Positions 7,331-17,402 of a DNA stretch of 64,000 nucleotides are shown piece after piece (within the stretch, counting starts at the first letter, position 1; every line of letters starts with the position of its first letter). Where the stretch lies: contig JBEKYR010000001.1 in NCBI GenBank assembly GCA_049510745.1, positions 128,001 through 192,000 of the forward strand, given 5' to 3'. The notes under the pieces are model-generated. The model saw only the letters and a list, made by a program, of their open reading frames with translations. It was not told the origin of the DNA and did no database searches. The stretch is from Verrucomicrobiota bacterium. GTDB lineage: Bacteria; Verrucomicrobiota; Verrucomicrobiia; Limisphaerales; Palsa-1400. Both the position numbers and the translations under genes were made by a program.

Positions 7331-8818
7331 ATGTCCGCCGCACTCAACGAACAACTCATCCGCGAGGTGGTCGAGGAAGTCCTGGGCGGCATCGGTTTGC
7401 CCGGCGCCAGCGCGCCAACGCCGCCCGCTCCCGCGCCCCAACCCGCCTGCAATTGCGACCAGCCGCCCGCCGGCTCCGGCTCCGGCCCGTGCGGGGTTTT
7501 CCAGGAGGCCGGCCAGGCGTGCGAGGCGGCCGCCGCGGCCTTTGAAAAACTGCGGCAAGGCGGCATCGCCGCGCGGCAGAAGGTCGTCAGCATTGTCAAG
7601 ACGTTGGCTGAGGCCCACGCGACCGAATGGGGCCGGCTGGAGTTGGAAGAAACCAAAATCGGCCGGCTCGACCATAAAATCGAAAAGCTGCAAATCCTCA
7701 AAAATGTTCCGGGCGTGGAGTGGCTGCGGCCCTTCGGGTTCAGCGGCGATCACGGCATCACGCTGGAGGAATACACGCCCTTCGGAGTCATCGGCGCGAT
7801 CACTCCCTCGACGCATTCGATCCCCACGATCAGCGGCAACATTATCAGCATGGTGGCGGCGGGCAATGCCGTGGTATTCAACGCGCATCCTTCCGGCGCG
7901 CGCTGCGCCGCGGTAGCCATTCGCGCTTACAACCAGGCCATTCAACGCGAGACCGGGATCGAAAACCTTTGCTGCATCATCGAACAGCCGACGTTGGAAT
8001 CGTTCAAGGCGCTGTGCGCCAACGAACAGGTGCGCTTGCTCTGCGTCACCGGCGGCCCCGGCCTGGTGGAAGCGGCCATGAAGGCCGGCAAACGCGCCAT
8101 TTGCGCCGGCCCCGGCAATCCCCCGGTGCTGGTCGATGACACCGCCTGCATGAAACGGGCCGCCCGCGCCATCGTCCAGGGCGCCGCCTACGACAACAAC
8201 CTGCTCTGCATCGGCGAAAAGGAAGTGTTTGCGCTGGACGGCATCGCCGGCGAACTCATGTCGGAAATGGAGAAACACGGGGCCGTCAGCCTCAATGCCG
8301 CCCAATTGGAGCGGCTGACCACGGCGGCCTTTGTTTTCAAAGAAGGGCGCGGCGGGGGCTGCGCGGAGCCGGTTGTCAATAGAGATTTCATCGGCAAAGA
8401 CCCGTCCGTCCTGGCGCAGGCCGCCGGCGTGAGTCTGCCGGACAAGACGCAACTGCTTTTCGCCGAAACCGACGCCCATCATCCCTTTGTGGTGGAGGAA
8501 CAGATGATGCCGTTCCTTCCCATCGTGCGCGTCAGGAGCGTGGAGGAGGGCATCGCGGCGGCCAAGGCGGCCGAGCACAATTACAAACACACCTCGATCA
8601 TTCATTCCCACGACGTCGAGCACATGACCGCCATGGCGCGCGCCCTGGACACGACCTTGTTCATCAAGAACGGGCCGTGCCTGGCCGGATTGGGGGCGGG
8701 CGGGGAAGGATACCTGAGCTTTTCCATTGCCACGCCGACGGGCGAAGGAGTGACCAACCCGAGGACCTTCACGCGCGTGCGCCGCTGCGTGATGGTCGAT
8801 AACCTGAGGATTTACTGA
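7331..8818 (+). CDS. CoA-acylating aldehyde dehydrogenase (EutE/PduP family) with N-terminal encapsulation peptide
   Basis: PFGVIGAITPSTH, TGGPG, GPGNPP, catalytic LLCIGEKE, TPTGEG; N-terminal LNEQLIREVVEEVL; start at ATG 7331. Confidence 0.95.
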   Translation: MSAALNEQLIREVVEEVLGGIGLPGASAPTPPAPAPQPACNCDQPPAGSGSGPCGVFQEAGQACEAAAAAFEKLRQGGIAARQKVVSIVKTLAEAHATEWGRLELEETKIGRLDHKIEKLQILKNVPGVEWLRPFGFSGDHGITLEEYTPFGVIGAITPSTHSIPTISGNIISMVAAGNAVVFNAHPSGARCAAVAIRAYNQAIQRETGIENLCCIIEQPTLESFKALCANEQVRLLCVTGGPGLVEAAMKAGKRAICAGPGNPPVLVDDTACMKRAARAIVQGAAYDNNLLCIGEKEVFALDGIAGELMSEMEKHGAVSLNAAQLERLTTAAFVFKEGRGGGCAEPVVNRDFIGKDPSVLAQAAGVSLPDKTQLLFAETDAHHPFVVEEQMMPFLPIVRVRSVEEGIAAAKAAEHNYKHTSIIHSHDVEHMTAMARALDTTLFIKNGPCLAGLGAGGEGYLSFSIATPTGEGVTNPRTFTRVRRCVMVDNLRIY

Positions 8819-8820
8819 CC

Positions 8821-9099
8821 ATGCTACTCGCGCGCGTTGAAGGCAATGTGGTGGCGACCCGGAAACATCCGAGTTTGGAGGGCTGGCGCCTGGTACTCTG
8901 CCAGCCGGTCAACTCCGCCGGCCAACCGGAAGGTTCGCCCCAAGTGGCCATCGACGCCCACGGGGCCGGCCTGCACCAACAGGTGATCATCTCCTCCGAC
9001 GGCGCCGCCGCCCGCGCCGCCGTCGGCGACCCGAAAAGCCCGGCCCGCTGGATGGTCATCGGCATCGTGGATGAAAAGGAAGGCGGGGCGCCGCCATGA
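8821..9099 (+). CDS. EutN/CcmL BMC-P vertex protein
   Basis: MLLARVEGNVVATRKH...AIDAHGAG...IGIVD. Confidence 0.93.
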   Translation: MLLARVEGNVVATRKHPSLEGWRLVLCQPVNSAGQPEGSPQVAIDAHGAGLHQQVIISSDGAAARAAVGDPKSPARWMVIGIVDEKEGGAPP

Positions 9100-9395
9100 G
9101 AATTGGAACCGTCATCGGCAGAGTCACTCTGAGCAAAACGGTGGAGCCGTTGCGCGGCGCCCGCTGGCTGATCGTCAGCCCGTTTACGCGCGAACAATTT
9201 CAACACGCGGCCCACCGGCCGGCCGTGAGCCAGGAACCGAGCCTGGTGGTGTACGATGATTTGGGCGGCGGCGTGGGTCAAACCATCGGATTCATCGAAG
9301 GCCGCGAAGCCGCCATGCCGTTCTGTCAACCCACGCCCATCGACGCCATCGACGCGGCGCTGGTGGACGAGATATTTTACTCGCCATTTAAATGA
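9096..9395 (+). CDS. EutN/CcmL BMC-P vertex protein
   Basis: MRIGTVIGRVTLS...YDDLGGGVGQ...EGREAAMPF...PIDA. Confidence 0.9.
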   Translation: MRIGTVIGRVTLSKTVEPLRGARWLIVSPFTREQFQHAAHRPAVSQEPSLVVYDDLGGGVGQTIGFIEGREAAMPFCQPTPIDAIDAALVDEIFYSPFK

Positions 9396-10441
9396 GAGCC
9401 ATCATCAGCGCCAGGGAAGTCGAAGAGTTGCTGCGCAAGGGCGGCGACATCAAATCCATTCCGTCCGACGCGATCGTGACGCCGGCGGCGCGCGATTTGT
9501 TGCGCGAATTTGAGAACAGCGGTGCGCGCCCCTGGTCGTCCGGGTTGGAGAAGACCTCCGCCAAAGCGGCCCAGCCCGTCACCCCGGCCAGTTCGCCCGC
9601 CGAGTTGGAAGCTTTCTTCAATTCGCCGGAAATTCACGCCCTGAAACTCCAAATCTGCGAGGTGGGCCGCCGCCTCTGGACGCGCGCCTACGTCGATGGC
9701 AACGGCGGCAACATCGCCATTCGCGTGGGCCAGGGGCTGGCGCTCTGCACGCCGACGCTGGTATCCAAGGGTTTCATGAAGCCGGAAGATTTATGCCTGG
9801 TGGATTTGGATGGGAACCAGTTGGCCGGCGGGAAAAAGCGCACGAGCGAAATCCTGATGCACCTGCAAATCATGAAACGCCAGACGCGCGCTGTGGCGAC
9901 CGTCCACTGCCATCCGCCCCATGCGACCGCCTTTGCCGTGGCCGGGGTCGAGCCGCCGACATGCATGATACCGGAAATCGAGGTCTTCATTGGCAAGGTG
10001 CCCATCGCCCCCTACCGCACGCCGGGCACGATGGAAATGGGCAAGCTGGTGTCCGACCTGGCGGACCAGCACAACACCATTCTGATGGCCAATCATGGGG
10101 TGGTTTCCTGGAGCCACATCAACGTCGAGGACGCCTATTTCAAGATGGAGATCATCGAAGCCTATTGCCGCACGGTGGTGGTGGCCGCGCAATTGGGCAC
10201 GCCGCTCAAGACCTTTTCGCAGACGCATTTGCAGGACCTGCTCAAGATCAAGCAAACCCTCGGCATCCCCGATCCGCGCATCGGGCTGAAGGAATGCGAA
10301 CTTTGCAACAACGACGAATGGCGCCCGGGAGTGGCCTGCGCCGTTCCGCCCCAACCGTCCGGCGCGCCCGGACCGGATGAGCAGGCCGAGGCCCTGGTCC
10401 GGGCCATCACCGATCAAATCATGTCAAGACTCAAAACCTGA
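9392..10441 (+). CDS. Class II aldolase/adducin family (fuculose/rhamnulose-1-P aldolase-like) with C-terminal encapsulation peptide
   Basis: GNGGNI, TSEILMH, HCHPP, MANHG; C-terminal EALVRAITDQIMSRL. Confidence 0.93.
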   Translation: MRAIISAREVEELLRKGGDIKSIPSDAIVTPAARDLLREFENSGARPWSSGLEKTSAKAAQPVTPASSPAELEAFFNSPEIHALKLQICEVGRRLWTRAYVDGNGGNIAIRVGQGLALCTPTLVSKGFMKPEDLCLVDLDGNQLAGGKKRTSEILMHLQIMKRQTRAVATVHCHPPHATAFAVAGVEPPTCMIPEIEVFIGKVPIAPYRTPGTMEMGKLVSDLADQHNTILMANHGVVSWSHINVEDAYFKMEIIEAYCRTVVVAAQLGTPLKTFSQTHLQDLLKIKQTLGIPDPRIGLKECELCNNDEWRPGVACAVPPQPSGAPGPDEQAEALVRAITDQIMSRLKT

Positions 10442-11370
10442 TGAAAGTGACCATTATCGGCGGCGGCGGACGGGTCGGCTCCTGCGCGGCGTATGCGTTG
10501 CAATGCGGCGGGCTGGTTTCCGAGATTCAAATCCTCGACGCCAATCGCGACCTGGCCGAGGGGGAGGCGCTGGACCTGATGCACGGCAGCGCGCTGGCCG
10601 GCGATCAGCGGATTTACGCCGGCGATTACGCCCGCGCCGCCGACAGCGAGATGTTCCTCATCACCGCCGGCCTGCGGCGCAAGCCCGACGAATCGCGCCT
10701 GGATTTGATCGGGCGCAACGTGGCCTTGTTCGTCTCGATCATCGACGCGATCAAAACCGCCGGCCCGCGCAAAGACGCCCACATTTTCGTCGTCTCCAAT
10801 CCGGTCGATATTCTGACGCAACTGGCCTTGCGCCGCAGCGGAATGCCGTGGCGCCAGGTCTATGGCCTGGGCACCATGCTGGACACGGCGCGCTTCAGCT
10901 CGCTCATCGCGGCGGAACTCAACCTGGCGCCGACGCAGGTGAAGGCGCTGATCCTGGGCGAGCACGGGGATTCGATGGCGCCGATCTGGTCCGGCGCGGT
11001 CGTCAACGGCCTGCCGCTGGCCGGGTTGCCCGAATGCGGGCCGGCCTTCCAAAACGCGGTGTTCGAACGCACCAAAGGCAGCGGCGCCGAGGTCATCAAA
11101 CGCAAAGGCGGCGCGGGCTGGGCCGTCGGCCTCGCCATCCGGGAGGTGGTCCACGCGGTGCTGTTGAACAAAAAAACAATTTTGCCGGTTTCCTCCCTCA
11201 TTCAAGGCGCCTACGACATCCGGGATGTTTGCCTGAGCGTGCCTTCGGTCGTCGGACGCCAGGGGATCGAAGCGCACGTCAACATCAAATTGTGGCCGAA
11301 GGAATTGATGGCCCTGCAAGCGTCGGCCAAGGCGCTCAAAGACACGCTGGCAAAAGTCCGCCTGGAGTGA
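10441..11370 (+). CDS. Lactate/malate dehydrogenase family protein (BMC-associated)
   Basis: IIGGGGRVG, TAGLRRKPDESR, VSNPVD, GTMLDTAR, LGEHGDS. Confidence 0.93.
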   Translation: MKVTIIGGGGRVGSCAAYALQCGGLVSEIQILDANRDLAEGEALDLMHGSALAGDQRIYAGDYARAADSEMFLITAGLRRKPDESRLDLIGRNVALFVSIIDAIKTAGPRKDAHIFVVSNPVDILTQLALRRSGMPWRQVYGLGTMLDTARFSSLIAAELNLAPTQVKALILGEHGDSMAPIWSGAVVNGLPLAGLPECGPAFQNAVFERTKGSGAEVIKRKGGAGWAVGLAIREVVHAVLLNKKTILPVSSLIQGAYDIRDVCLSVPSVVGRQGIEAHVNIKLWPKELMALQASAKALKDTLAKVRLE

Positions 11371-11410
11371 CGGCCATGAAATCGCCGGACGCGATTAAAT
11401 TCTGGCGCCG

Positions 11411-12124
11411 TTACTCCAAAGGCTTGCGGCCATAGACTTCGATCTCGGTGTATTCGTTGAGGCGGCTCTCGGTGCTGCCTTTGGAGTAAGAGCGCACGTA
11501 GCGGGCCACGGCGCCCCTGGCCTCGATCAGTTTGCCCTCGTGGGATTCAAAGTATTCCCGGTTGGTCCCGGCTCCCAGGCCATCGAGATTCGCCTGGTCG
11601 TTGTTGAAGAGCGTGCGCACGTCCGTGGTGAACGCCGCGTCGTTGGCCACCTGCACCACCACGCCGTGATAGACCTTGGGCTTGTCATGCGCGTGCCAGA
11701 GGACGATGGCGTAAATCTCGCAGGGCGCGCCCAGATCGACCTGCACCCATTGCACGCCTTTGTGCAGGAGCACCACGCTTTGTTCGCTGGCTTCCTTGTC
11801 ACCATCGGTGATTTTGGCCAGGTTGACGGCCAATTGGTTGGTGTCGCTGGCCGTGACGGTCCTGCCCAGGGCGACGTTGCTGAGGCCGGGGGGCACCATC
11901 AACGGCGGGCGCGGTTTGCCGGTGGGTTTCTCCACCGTGGTGCCGACGGGCGTATCGGACGGAGTGCCGATGAAAGCCGCGGCCGGGAGCTTGATTTGGA
12001 GGGGGACGAGGTCTCCGAGCGCATGGCAGTTGAGCGCCAGCGCAAAACAAGGCGCGCCCAGCGCCAGCCAGCGCCACAACCGGCGTCGCGGCCCATCCTT
12101 TTTCAAAATCGTCATTCGAGACAT
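11411..12124 (-). CDS. Secreted discoidin/F5-8 type C (galactose-binding-like) domain protein
   Basis: Signal peptide; NVALGRTVTAS, ITDGD, WVQVDLG, ARYVR and EIEVYG motifs; start uncertain (12124 or 12115). Confidence 0.75.
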   Translation of the reverse strand: MSRMTILKKDGPRRRLWRWLALGAPCFALALNCHALGDLVPLQIKLPAAAFIGTPSDTPVGTTVEKPTGKPRPPLMVPPGLSNVALGRTVTASDTNQLAVNLAKITDGDKEASEQSVVLLHKGVQWVQVDLGAPCEIYAIVLWHAHDKPKVYHGVVVQVANDAAFTTDVRTLFNNDQANLDGLGAGTNREYFESHEGKLIEARGAVARYVRSYSKGSTESRLNEYTEIEVYGRKPLE

Positions 12125-12201
12125 GGTTCCATCATAAGAACGGCCCTGGCCGTCTGCCAAGAAGATAGAGGCGGGCGTTCCCCGGCGAAAATCACGAAGA
12201 G

Positions 12202-13737
12202 TCAACTTGGCGCCGCCACCTTTCCCAAGTGCCGGGTCTGGCGCTTTGGGCCGGGGTTGGCGCGGCGGGCCGTTCTGTCTTCCGCGTCCGCGATATAAGC
12301 GGCCAAGAACTCCGGTTTCTCCCGCCGCCCGCCCCGCCGCCAGTCGCGCCACAAACATTGCGCCACCTCCGCCGGCGGCCGGCCCGCTTCCACTGTCAAG
12401 TATTCAAAAAGCAGTTCCGCCAGCCGCGTCAGGGCGATGCCGTGCTGCCGCCCCACCCGCGCGTGAAGCCAGTCGCTCCACCGCATGAACGCCGCGAAGG
12501 GCGATGTCCGGCCGGCCCAGAGCAGAGGGGTCGTTTCCACAAAATTGCCGCTGTTGCCCGCCAGTTCCCAGTAACGCGAGAAGCGCCGCAAGCGTTGCAT
12601 GGCCGGAAAATCCAGCAGTTTGTTGCGCAACATCTCGTAGGGCGGATGCGCGCTGTAAACCATCTCCCAGGCCTGGTCGTGCCGCACGATGGGCGTGCCG
12701 CGCAGGCGCTTCAAGATCCCCACCTGAATCTCCTGCGGCCCCAAGGCCAGCAACCGGTCAAAGCCCGCCGCGAAACTCTCCAGCGTCTCCCCCGGCAGCC
12801 CCGCGATCAAATCGGCGTGGAGATGGACGCCGGTCTGGCGGCGCAGGAAACGGAAATTCTCCTCCAGGCGGGCGTCGTCCTGACGGCGGCTGATGTTGTT
12901 CAAGACGGATTGGTTGAAGGATTGCACGCCCACCTCGAATTGCAGCGTGCCCGGCGGGAATTTCGCGATCACCTCGCGCAACGCCTCCGGCAGGCGGTCC
13001 GGGATCATTTCAAAATGGAGGAACAGCCCGGGGCGGCATCGTTCGAGAAAGAACTCCAGGATCGCCCGGCTGGCCGCGAGGTTGAGATTGAACGTCCTGT
13101 CAACAAACTTGAATTGATTCACGCCCCGGTCCAGCAGCCGGCGCAATTCCCCCAGCAGGGCCGGCAGCGGAAACGGCCGCACCGGCACGTCCAGCGACGA
13201 GAGGCAAAACTCACAGGTGAACGGGCAGCCGCGCGACGCTTCCACGTAAATGATGCGGTGGGCCACGTCTTCGGCGGTATAAAACTCGTAGGGCAGCGCC
13301 AGTTTCGCCAAATCCGGCAAGTCCGCCGCGATGATTTTCTGGGCCGGCGGCGTCCCGGCCAGAATCAGCCGGCAGACTTCGGCGAATTTCAGGTCCGCCT
13401 CGCCCGTCACGACGTAATCGGCCAGGCGGACGATTTCCTGCCGCTCGACCTCGAAGCTGACCTCCGGCCCGCCGAGAATGACGGTCAGATCGGGCCGCAC
13501 CCGTTTGAGCGCCGCCACCACTTCGGTGGTTTGCGCGACATTCCATATATAGACGCCCAAGCCGACAATCCCGGGCGCCTGGGCCAGGATCGACTCCGCG
13601 ACATCGAGCGGGCGCTGTTGCAGATCGAATTCGAGAAGACAGGCCTGCGCCCGCAACGGGCCGAGGTTGGCCAGCAAATAGCGCAAACCAAAAGCGGCAT
13701 GAATATATTTGGCGTTTAATGTGGCAAGAACGATCAT
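12202..13737 (-). CDS. B12-binding radical SAM protein (DUF4080-type)
   Basis: LNAKYIH, GGPEVS B12-binding region; [11 protein letters not shown]xxxCxxC. Confidence 0.92.
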   Translation of the reverse strand: MIVLATLNAKYIHAAFGLRYLLANLGPLRAQACLLEFDLQQRPLDVAESILAQAPGIVGLGVYIWNVAQTTEVVAALKRVRPDLTVILGGPEVSFEVERQEIVRLADYVVTGEADLKFAEVCRLILAGTPPAQKIIAADLPDLAKLALPYEFYTAEDVAHRIIYVEASRGCPFTCEFCLSSLDVPVRPFPLPALLGELRRLLDRGVNQFKFVDRTFNLNLAASRAILEFFLERCRPGLFLHFEMIPDRLPEALREVIAKFPPGTLQFEVGVQSFNQSVLNNISRRQDDARLEENFRFLRRQTGVHLHADLIAGLPGETLESFAAGFDRLLALGPQEIQVGILKRLRGTPIVRHDQAWEMVYSAHPPYEMLRNKLLDFPAMQRLRRFSRYWELAGNSGNFVETTPLLWAGRTSPFAAFMRWSDWLHARVGRQHGIALTRLAELLFEYLTVEAGRPPAEVAQCLWRDWRRGGRREKPEFLAAYIADAEDRTARRANPGPKRQTRHLGKVAAPS

Positions 13738-13783
13738 GCGAAGTATAAGTTTAACGTTTAACGTTTAAAGATGAAAGTCCAAT

Positions 13784-15124
13784 ATGATGCGTAACATTAT
13801 CTTGACAGCAATGGCGCTGGGCTGCGCGGCCGGCTTGCGGGCCGACGATTGGCCGCAGTGGCTTGGGCCGGAGCGGGACAGCATTTGGCGCGAGACCGGA
13901 ATAGTCAGCTCGTTTCCCGCCGGCGGACCGCCGGTGGTGTGGCGGGCGGAAATCGGCTCCGGTTATTCCGGCCCCGCCGTGGCCCAAGGGCGGGTATATG
14001 TCTTCGATCACCAGTTTGCCAAGCCGTCGGACAAACCGGCGGACCCGATGTCCCACGCGACCATCCCCGGCGCCGAGCGGATTCTTTGCCTGAACGCGGC
14101 CGACGGGAAAATCCTGTGGCGGCACGAATACGATTGCCCCTACACCACCAGCTTCCCGGCCGGCCCGCGCACCACGCCCCTGGTCAGCGGGGACAAAGTC
14201 TTCTCGCTCGGAGCCGAAGGCAATTTGTGCTGCCTGGAAGCGGCGACGGGAAACGTCGTGTGGTCGCGGGATTTCAAGGCGGACTATAAAATCAAGACGC
14301 CGCTGTGGGGCTTTGCAGGAAACCCGCTCCTGGACGGGAACAAGCTGATTTGCCTGGCCGGCGGCTCCAACTCGACGGTGGTCGCGTTGGATAAGAACAC
14401 CGGCAAGGAAATCTGGCGGGCGTTGAGCGCCAAGGAGCCGGGGTATTGTTCCCCCGTGATTTTTCAGGCGGGCGGCGTCCGGCAACTGATTGTCTGGCAT
14501 CCGGAATCGCTCAACTCGCTGGACCCGGAGACGGGCCGGGTTTATTGGACCTTGAAATCGTCGCAGCCCATTCGCGCCGGCATGACGATCCCGACGCCGC
14601 GCAAGATGGACGATTTGCTGTTTGTGACTTGCTTCTACAACGGCTCGTGGATGCTGCGGCTGGACGCCGCCAAGCCGGCGGCCGCCACGGTTTGGCAAAG
14701 CCAGCGCGTGAGCGAGCAGAACACCGACGCGCTGCATTCGACCTTGAGCACGCCGTTCCTCCAGGACGGATATATTTACGGTGTTTGCAGCTACGGACAA
14801 TTGCGCTGTCTCAACGCCGCCACCGGCGAGCGGGTTTGGGAGACGCTCAGCGCGACCACGGCCGACGGCAAGGAAACGCGCTGGGCCAACGCCTTCATTG
14901 TCAAGAATCAGGACCGTTTCTTCCTGTTCAATGAAAAGGGCGATTTGATCATCGCCAGGCTGACTCCGAAAGGCTGCGAGGAGATCAGCCGGGCGCACGT
15001 CATTGAGCCGGTCAACCGCGATGCGGGCCGTCTGGTGGTGTGGTCTCATCCCGCCTTTGCCAACCGCCGGATGTACGCGAGAAACGACAACGAGATCGTC
15101 TGCGTGGATTTGGCCCAAAAATGA
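13784..15124 (+). CDS. PQQ-binding-like beta-propeller repeat protein (BamB-like), secreted
   Basis: Signal peptide, DWPQWLGP, repeated CLxAxTGxxxW, C-terminal WSHPAFANRRMYARND. Confidence 0.9.
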   Translation: MMRNIILTAMALGCAAGLRADDWPQWLGPERDSIWRETGIVSSFPAGGPPVVWRAEIGSGYSGPAVAQGRVYVFDHQFAKPSDKPADPMSHATIPGAERILCLNAADGKILWRHEYDCPYTTSFPAGPRTTPLVSGDKVFSLGAEGNLCCLEAATGNVVWSRDFKADYKIKTPLWGFAGNPLLDGNKLICLAGGSNSTVVALDKNTGKEIWRALSAKEPGYCSPVIFQAGGVRQLIVWHPESLNSLDPETGRVYWTLKSSQPIRAGMTIPTPRKMDDLLFVTCFYNGSWMLRLDAAKPAAATVWQSQRVSEQNTDALHSTLSTPFLQDGYIYGVCSYGQLRCLNAATGERVWETLSATTADGKETRWANAFIVKNQDRFFLFNEKGDLIIARLTPKGCEEISRAHVIEPVNRDAGRLVVWSHPAFANRRMYARNDNEIVCVDLAQK

Positions 15125-15266
15125 GCGGCCGGCCTTGGGCAAGCCTGCTGATTTGGCGCCAAATGATTGCGCAACACGTTCAGAATCAGACCAAAGATGG
15201 GTTCGCCGTCGGGATCGGTTGCTGACGCCCGCACCTTCAGACACCCCCCTCCCCCCCCTGTTGTGG

Positions 15267-15306
15267 GGTTTGATTTAGTCTGATTTAGTCTGATTTGGTT
15301 TGATTT
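15267..15306. repeat. Four tandem 10-bp repeats (minus strand AAATCAGACT/AAATCAAACC)
   Basis: ggtttgattt agtctgattt agtctgattt ggtttgattt. Confidence 0.85.
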
Positions 15307-15418
15307 TCCTTGACGGAAACCTGCTGGAGGGGGCCGGACCGGCAAAATCTGCCGGTTAAGGCCGCCTGGAGTCTGGTCCCGCGGCGGACGGGCAGGAGAA
15401 CTCCCCGGCGACGCCGCG

Positions 15419-15510
15419 TTATGTCAAACAGCGCGTGTCCGCACGGCTGGAAAAATGACACAGTTTTGTGAAGTTTCAAGTATTTTGTTGCTTTTTTGGA
15501 TTTTTTTGCA
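15419..15510 (-). promoter_or_regulatory. Putative UP element + extended -10 promoter + boxA-like motif (copy 2 of 3)
   Basis: Minus strand: A-tracts, TTGAAA(15479-15474)-N16-CATTTT with TG extension, GCTGTTTGACATAA (15432-15419); clearly homologous to 63672-63765. Confidence 0.6.
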
Positions 15511-15519
15511 GAGTGCGGA

Positions 15520-15980
15520 ACAACGCAAAGAGCAAAAGACGCGAAGGCGCCAAGAGAAGCTGAGAACTTCTTGCGGTGCAATATCCCAAAATCGCTCATT
15601 TCTGAGAAAACCTTCTCACCACGAAGCACGCGAAGAGAAACCTAAAAGTTTCTTACCACGGATTTCGCGGATTTTCACGGATGGAAAACCCGTCGCTTCT
15701 TATCCCCACGCGCCAGCGTCTTCCCGATAATTTGTTCATCTCTGCAATCCGAAAAACGCCTTGTCATCAAGCCCGGAACGCGCGCGCGTGAGCGAATCCC
15801 GAATCATTAGCGATGTGGTTGCGGACTCACCCAATAGGTGGGCCAGTTTCGGACGAAAGATTCCGTCGGCGGGACAGCAGAACAAATCGTCGGGCTGACA
15901 AGTGAACAAATTGTTGGGCTGACGCTTGCGCGTGGGCTGGCGCGTGGGCCGACGGATGCGGTCGGGACGACCGCGCTCCC
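15520..15980. repeat. Cluster of REP/MITE-like modules
   Basis: CGCAAAGAGCAAAAGACGC (cf. 860-885); inverted copy of 933-1075 at about 15645-15750; direct partial copy at 15880-15948; GCGCTCCC hairpin. Confidence 0.75.
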
Positions 15981-16059
15981 GGAAAAGTCGCTAATGATCG
16001 GGGTGTCCTAGGGAATGGGGGGCTTGTCGTTTTCACGCGGTGCGGTTATGGTTGAAGAG

Positions 16060-16293
16060 ATGAACGAACTATTGTCCCGCATCACGATTGATCCGGAGAT
16101 TTGCCACGGCAAACCGGCCATCCGCCACTTGCGGTATCCGGTGGAGTCCATGTTGGAATATCTGGCGGCAGGCGACACGTTTGAGGATTTGCTGGGCGAA
16201 TTCCCTGATCTGGAACGCGACGATTTGCGAGCGTGTCTGGAATTCGCCGCGCAATCGCTCAAGCTTAAAAGCCAGCATCTGGCGCTGACATGA
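16060..16293 (+). CDS. DUF433-family antitoxin
   Basis: RITIDPEICHGKPAIRHLRYPV...EFPDLERDDLRACLEFAA. Confidence 0.92.
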   Translation: MNELLSRITIDPEICHGKPAIRHLRYPVESMLEYLAAGDTFEDLLGEFPDLERDDLRACLEFAAQSLKLKSQHLALT

Positions 16294-16643
16294 GATTCGT
16301 GGTGGACGCGCACTTGCCGCCCGGTTTGTGTGCCCTGCTCAAGGCGGCGGGGCACGATGCGATTCACACCAGCCGGTTGCCTGCGCAAAACCGGACGCCG
16401 GACGAAGTTCTCAATGAACTTTCGCTCCAGGAACAGCGCGTGGTCGTCACGAAAGATTTGGATTTTTATCATTCGCATTTGCTGCATGGCAGGCCTTGGA
16501 AACTGCTGCTCGTGCGCACGGGGAACATTCGCAGCCGCGATCTCAAAGCGCTGTTTCAAACCCATTTGTCCGCCATCCTCACCGCGCTGGAACAAAACTC
16601 GCTTGTCGAACTCGACCGCCAAAAGGTGCAGGTCATTGTGTGA
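16290..16643 (+). CDS. DUF5615 PIN-like toxin
   Basis: MRFVVDAHLP...GHDAIH...TPD...VVTKDLDF; ATGA overlap with DUF433. Confidence 0.9.
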   Translation: MRFVVDAHLPPGLCALLKAAGHDAIHTSRLPAQNRTPDEVLNELSLQEQRVVVTKDLDFYHSHLLHGRPWKLLLVRTGNIRSRDLKALFQTHLSAILTALEQNSLVELDRQKVQVIV

Positions 16644-16805
16644 CGCCGAGCAAAGCTGCAAACGAGTCCCACATATCCTCGCATGAAGGGTCAAGCCCGG
16701 AATGCGGAATTATAATTCCGGAAGTGCGGTGGTCTCACAAGGAGCGATCAATTTCGACAGAGGTTCAACCCAAAAATCGGCATGGCAATACGGTTTGGCG
16801 GAGGA

Positions 16806-16900
16806 GGACGAATGGGACCAATGGGACGGATATGGACAGGCAAGACGGGGATTACGATTACGATTACGATTGAGAAAAGGACGAACGGGACAGACGGGAA
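16806..16900. repeat. Low-complexity REP-like block (GGACnnATG 9-mers and GATTAC x3-4)
   Basis: ggacgaatgggaccaatgggacggatatgg...gattacgattacgattacgatt...ggacgaacgggacagacggg. Confidence 0.7.
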
Positions 16901-16945
16901 GGCGAGCCAGCCGTTGGTGTCCAGGAAAACGACGTTATCCGGCAT
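16901..16945 (-). pseudogene. Truncated VapC/PIN toxin (N-terminal 15 codons only)
   Basis: MPDNVVFLDTNGWLA is the first PIN motif; overlaps the antitoxin end and runs straight into the repeat block. Confidence 0.7.
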
Positions 16946-17171
16946 GGTTTACTTTCGGATGTCCGTAGAGGTAATGATCCGCATTGGTGGCCAGATCGGG
17001 AATGCCGGTCTCGACTGCTTGCTCGCCCATCCGAAAAGGACCGCATTCACCCGCCACTATGCCGTGGCCGCCAGGCTCCTCGGTTTGGACGTGAACGGGG
17101 GCGCCGTCCGGGAGGGTCGCTCCTGGTTCCAGCATCACCACATTGCCTTTGACTGTTCCGCGGTAAATCAT
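16935..17171 (-). CDS. Putative antitoxin (swapped-hairpin/DUF104-like), paralog of 50816-51037
   Basis: MIYRGTVKGNVVMLEPGATLPDG...DLATNADHYLYGHPK aligns by eye with MSVTGKVKNGVVVLPPGTKFPEG...DYALNHGHYISGEPK. Confidence 0.75.
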   Translation of the reverse strand: MIYRGTVKGNVVMLEPGATLPDGAPVHVQTEEPGGHGIVAGECGPFRMGEQAVETGIPDLATNADHYLYGHPKVNHAG

Positions 17172-17357
17172 GATGTCAGTATCCGCACCTTCATCTAATT
17201 TCGCTCCGAGGCATTCGGCGCAAACTGTCAATGCTCATGTTCGTAAAGCTGCCGTACTGCGTGGAAACAAGCAAGCTCGGAGCGGAATCCCAAATCCTAA
17301 CGCGGCCTTACCGCCGAGCGATGACCTGTACAATTTGGATGGGAGAGCGAAGAAGCG

Positions 17358-17402
17358 GTCGGCGAGGGCGCCGACCGCAGCACGCGGGGCGCGTGCGCTC
17401 CC
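17358..17402. repeat. REP-like double hairpin ending GCGCTCCC
   Basis: GTCGGCGAGGGCGCCGAC and GCACGCGGGGCGCGTGC stems; cf. 3250-3294. Confidence 0.7.

Noticed and set aside
5327..8623. Long antisense ORFs over BMC and other genes (e.g. 5327-7000, 18519-20522, 32351-34219, 42952-44877)
   Set aside because: Typical high-GC shadow frames opposite well-supported genes
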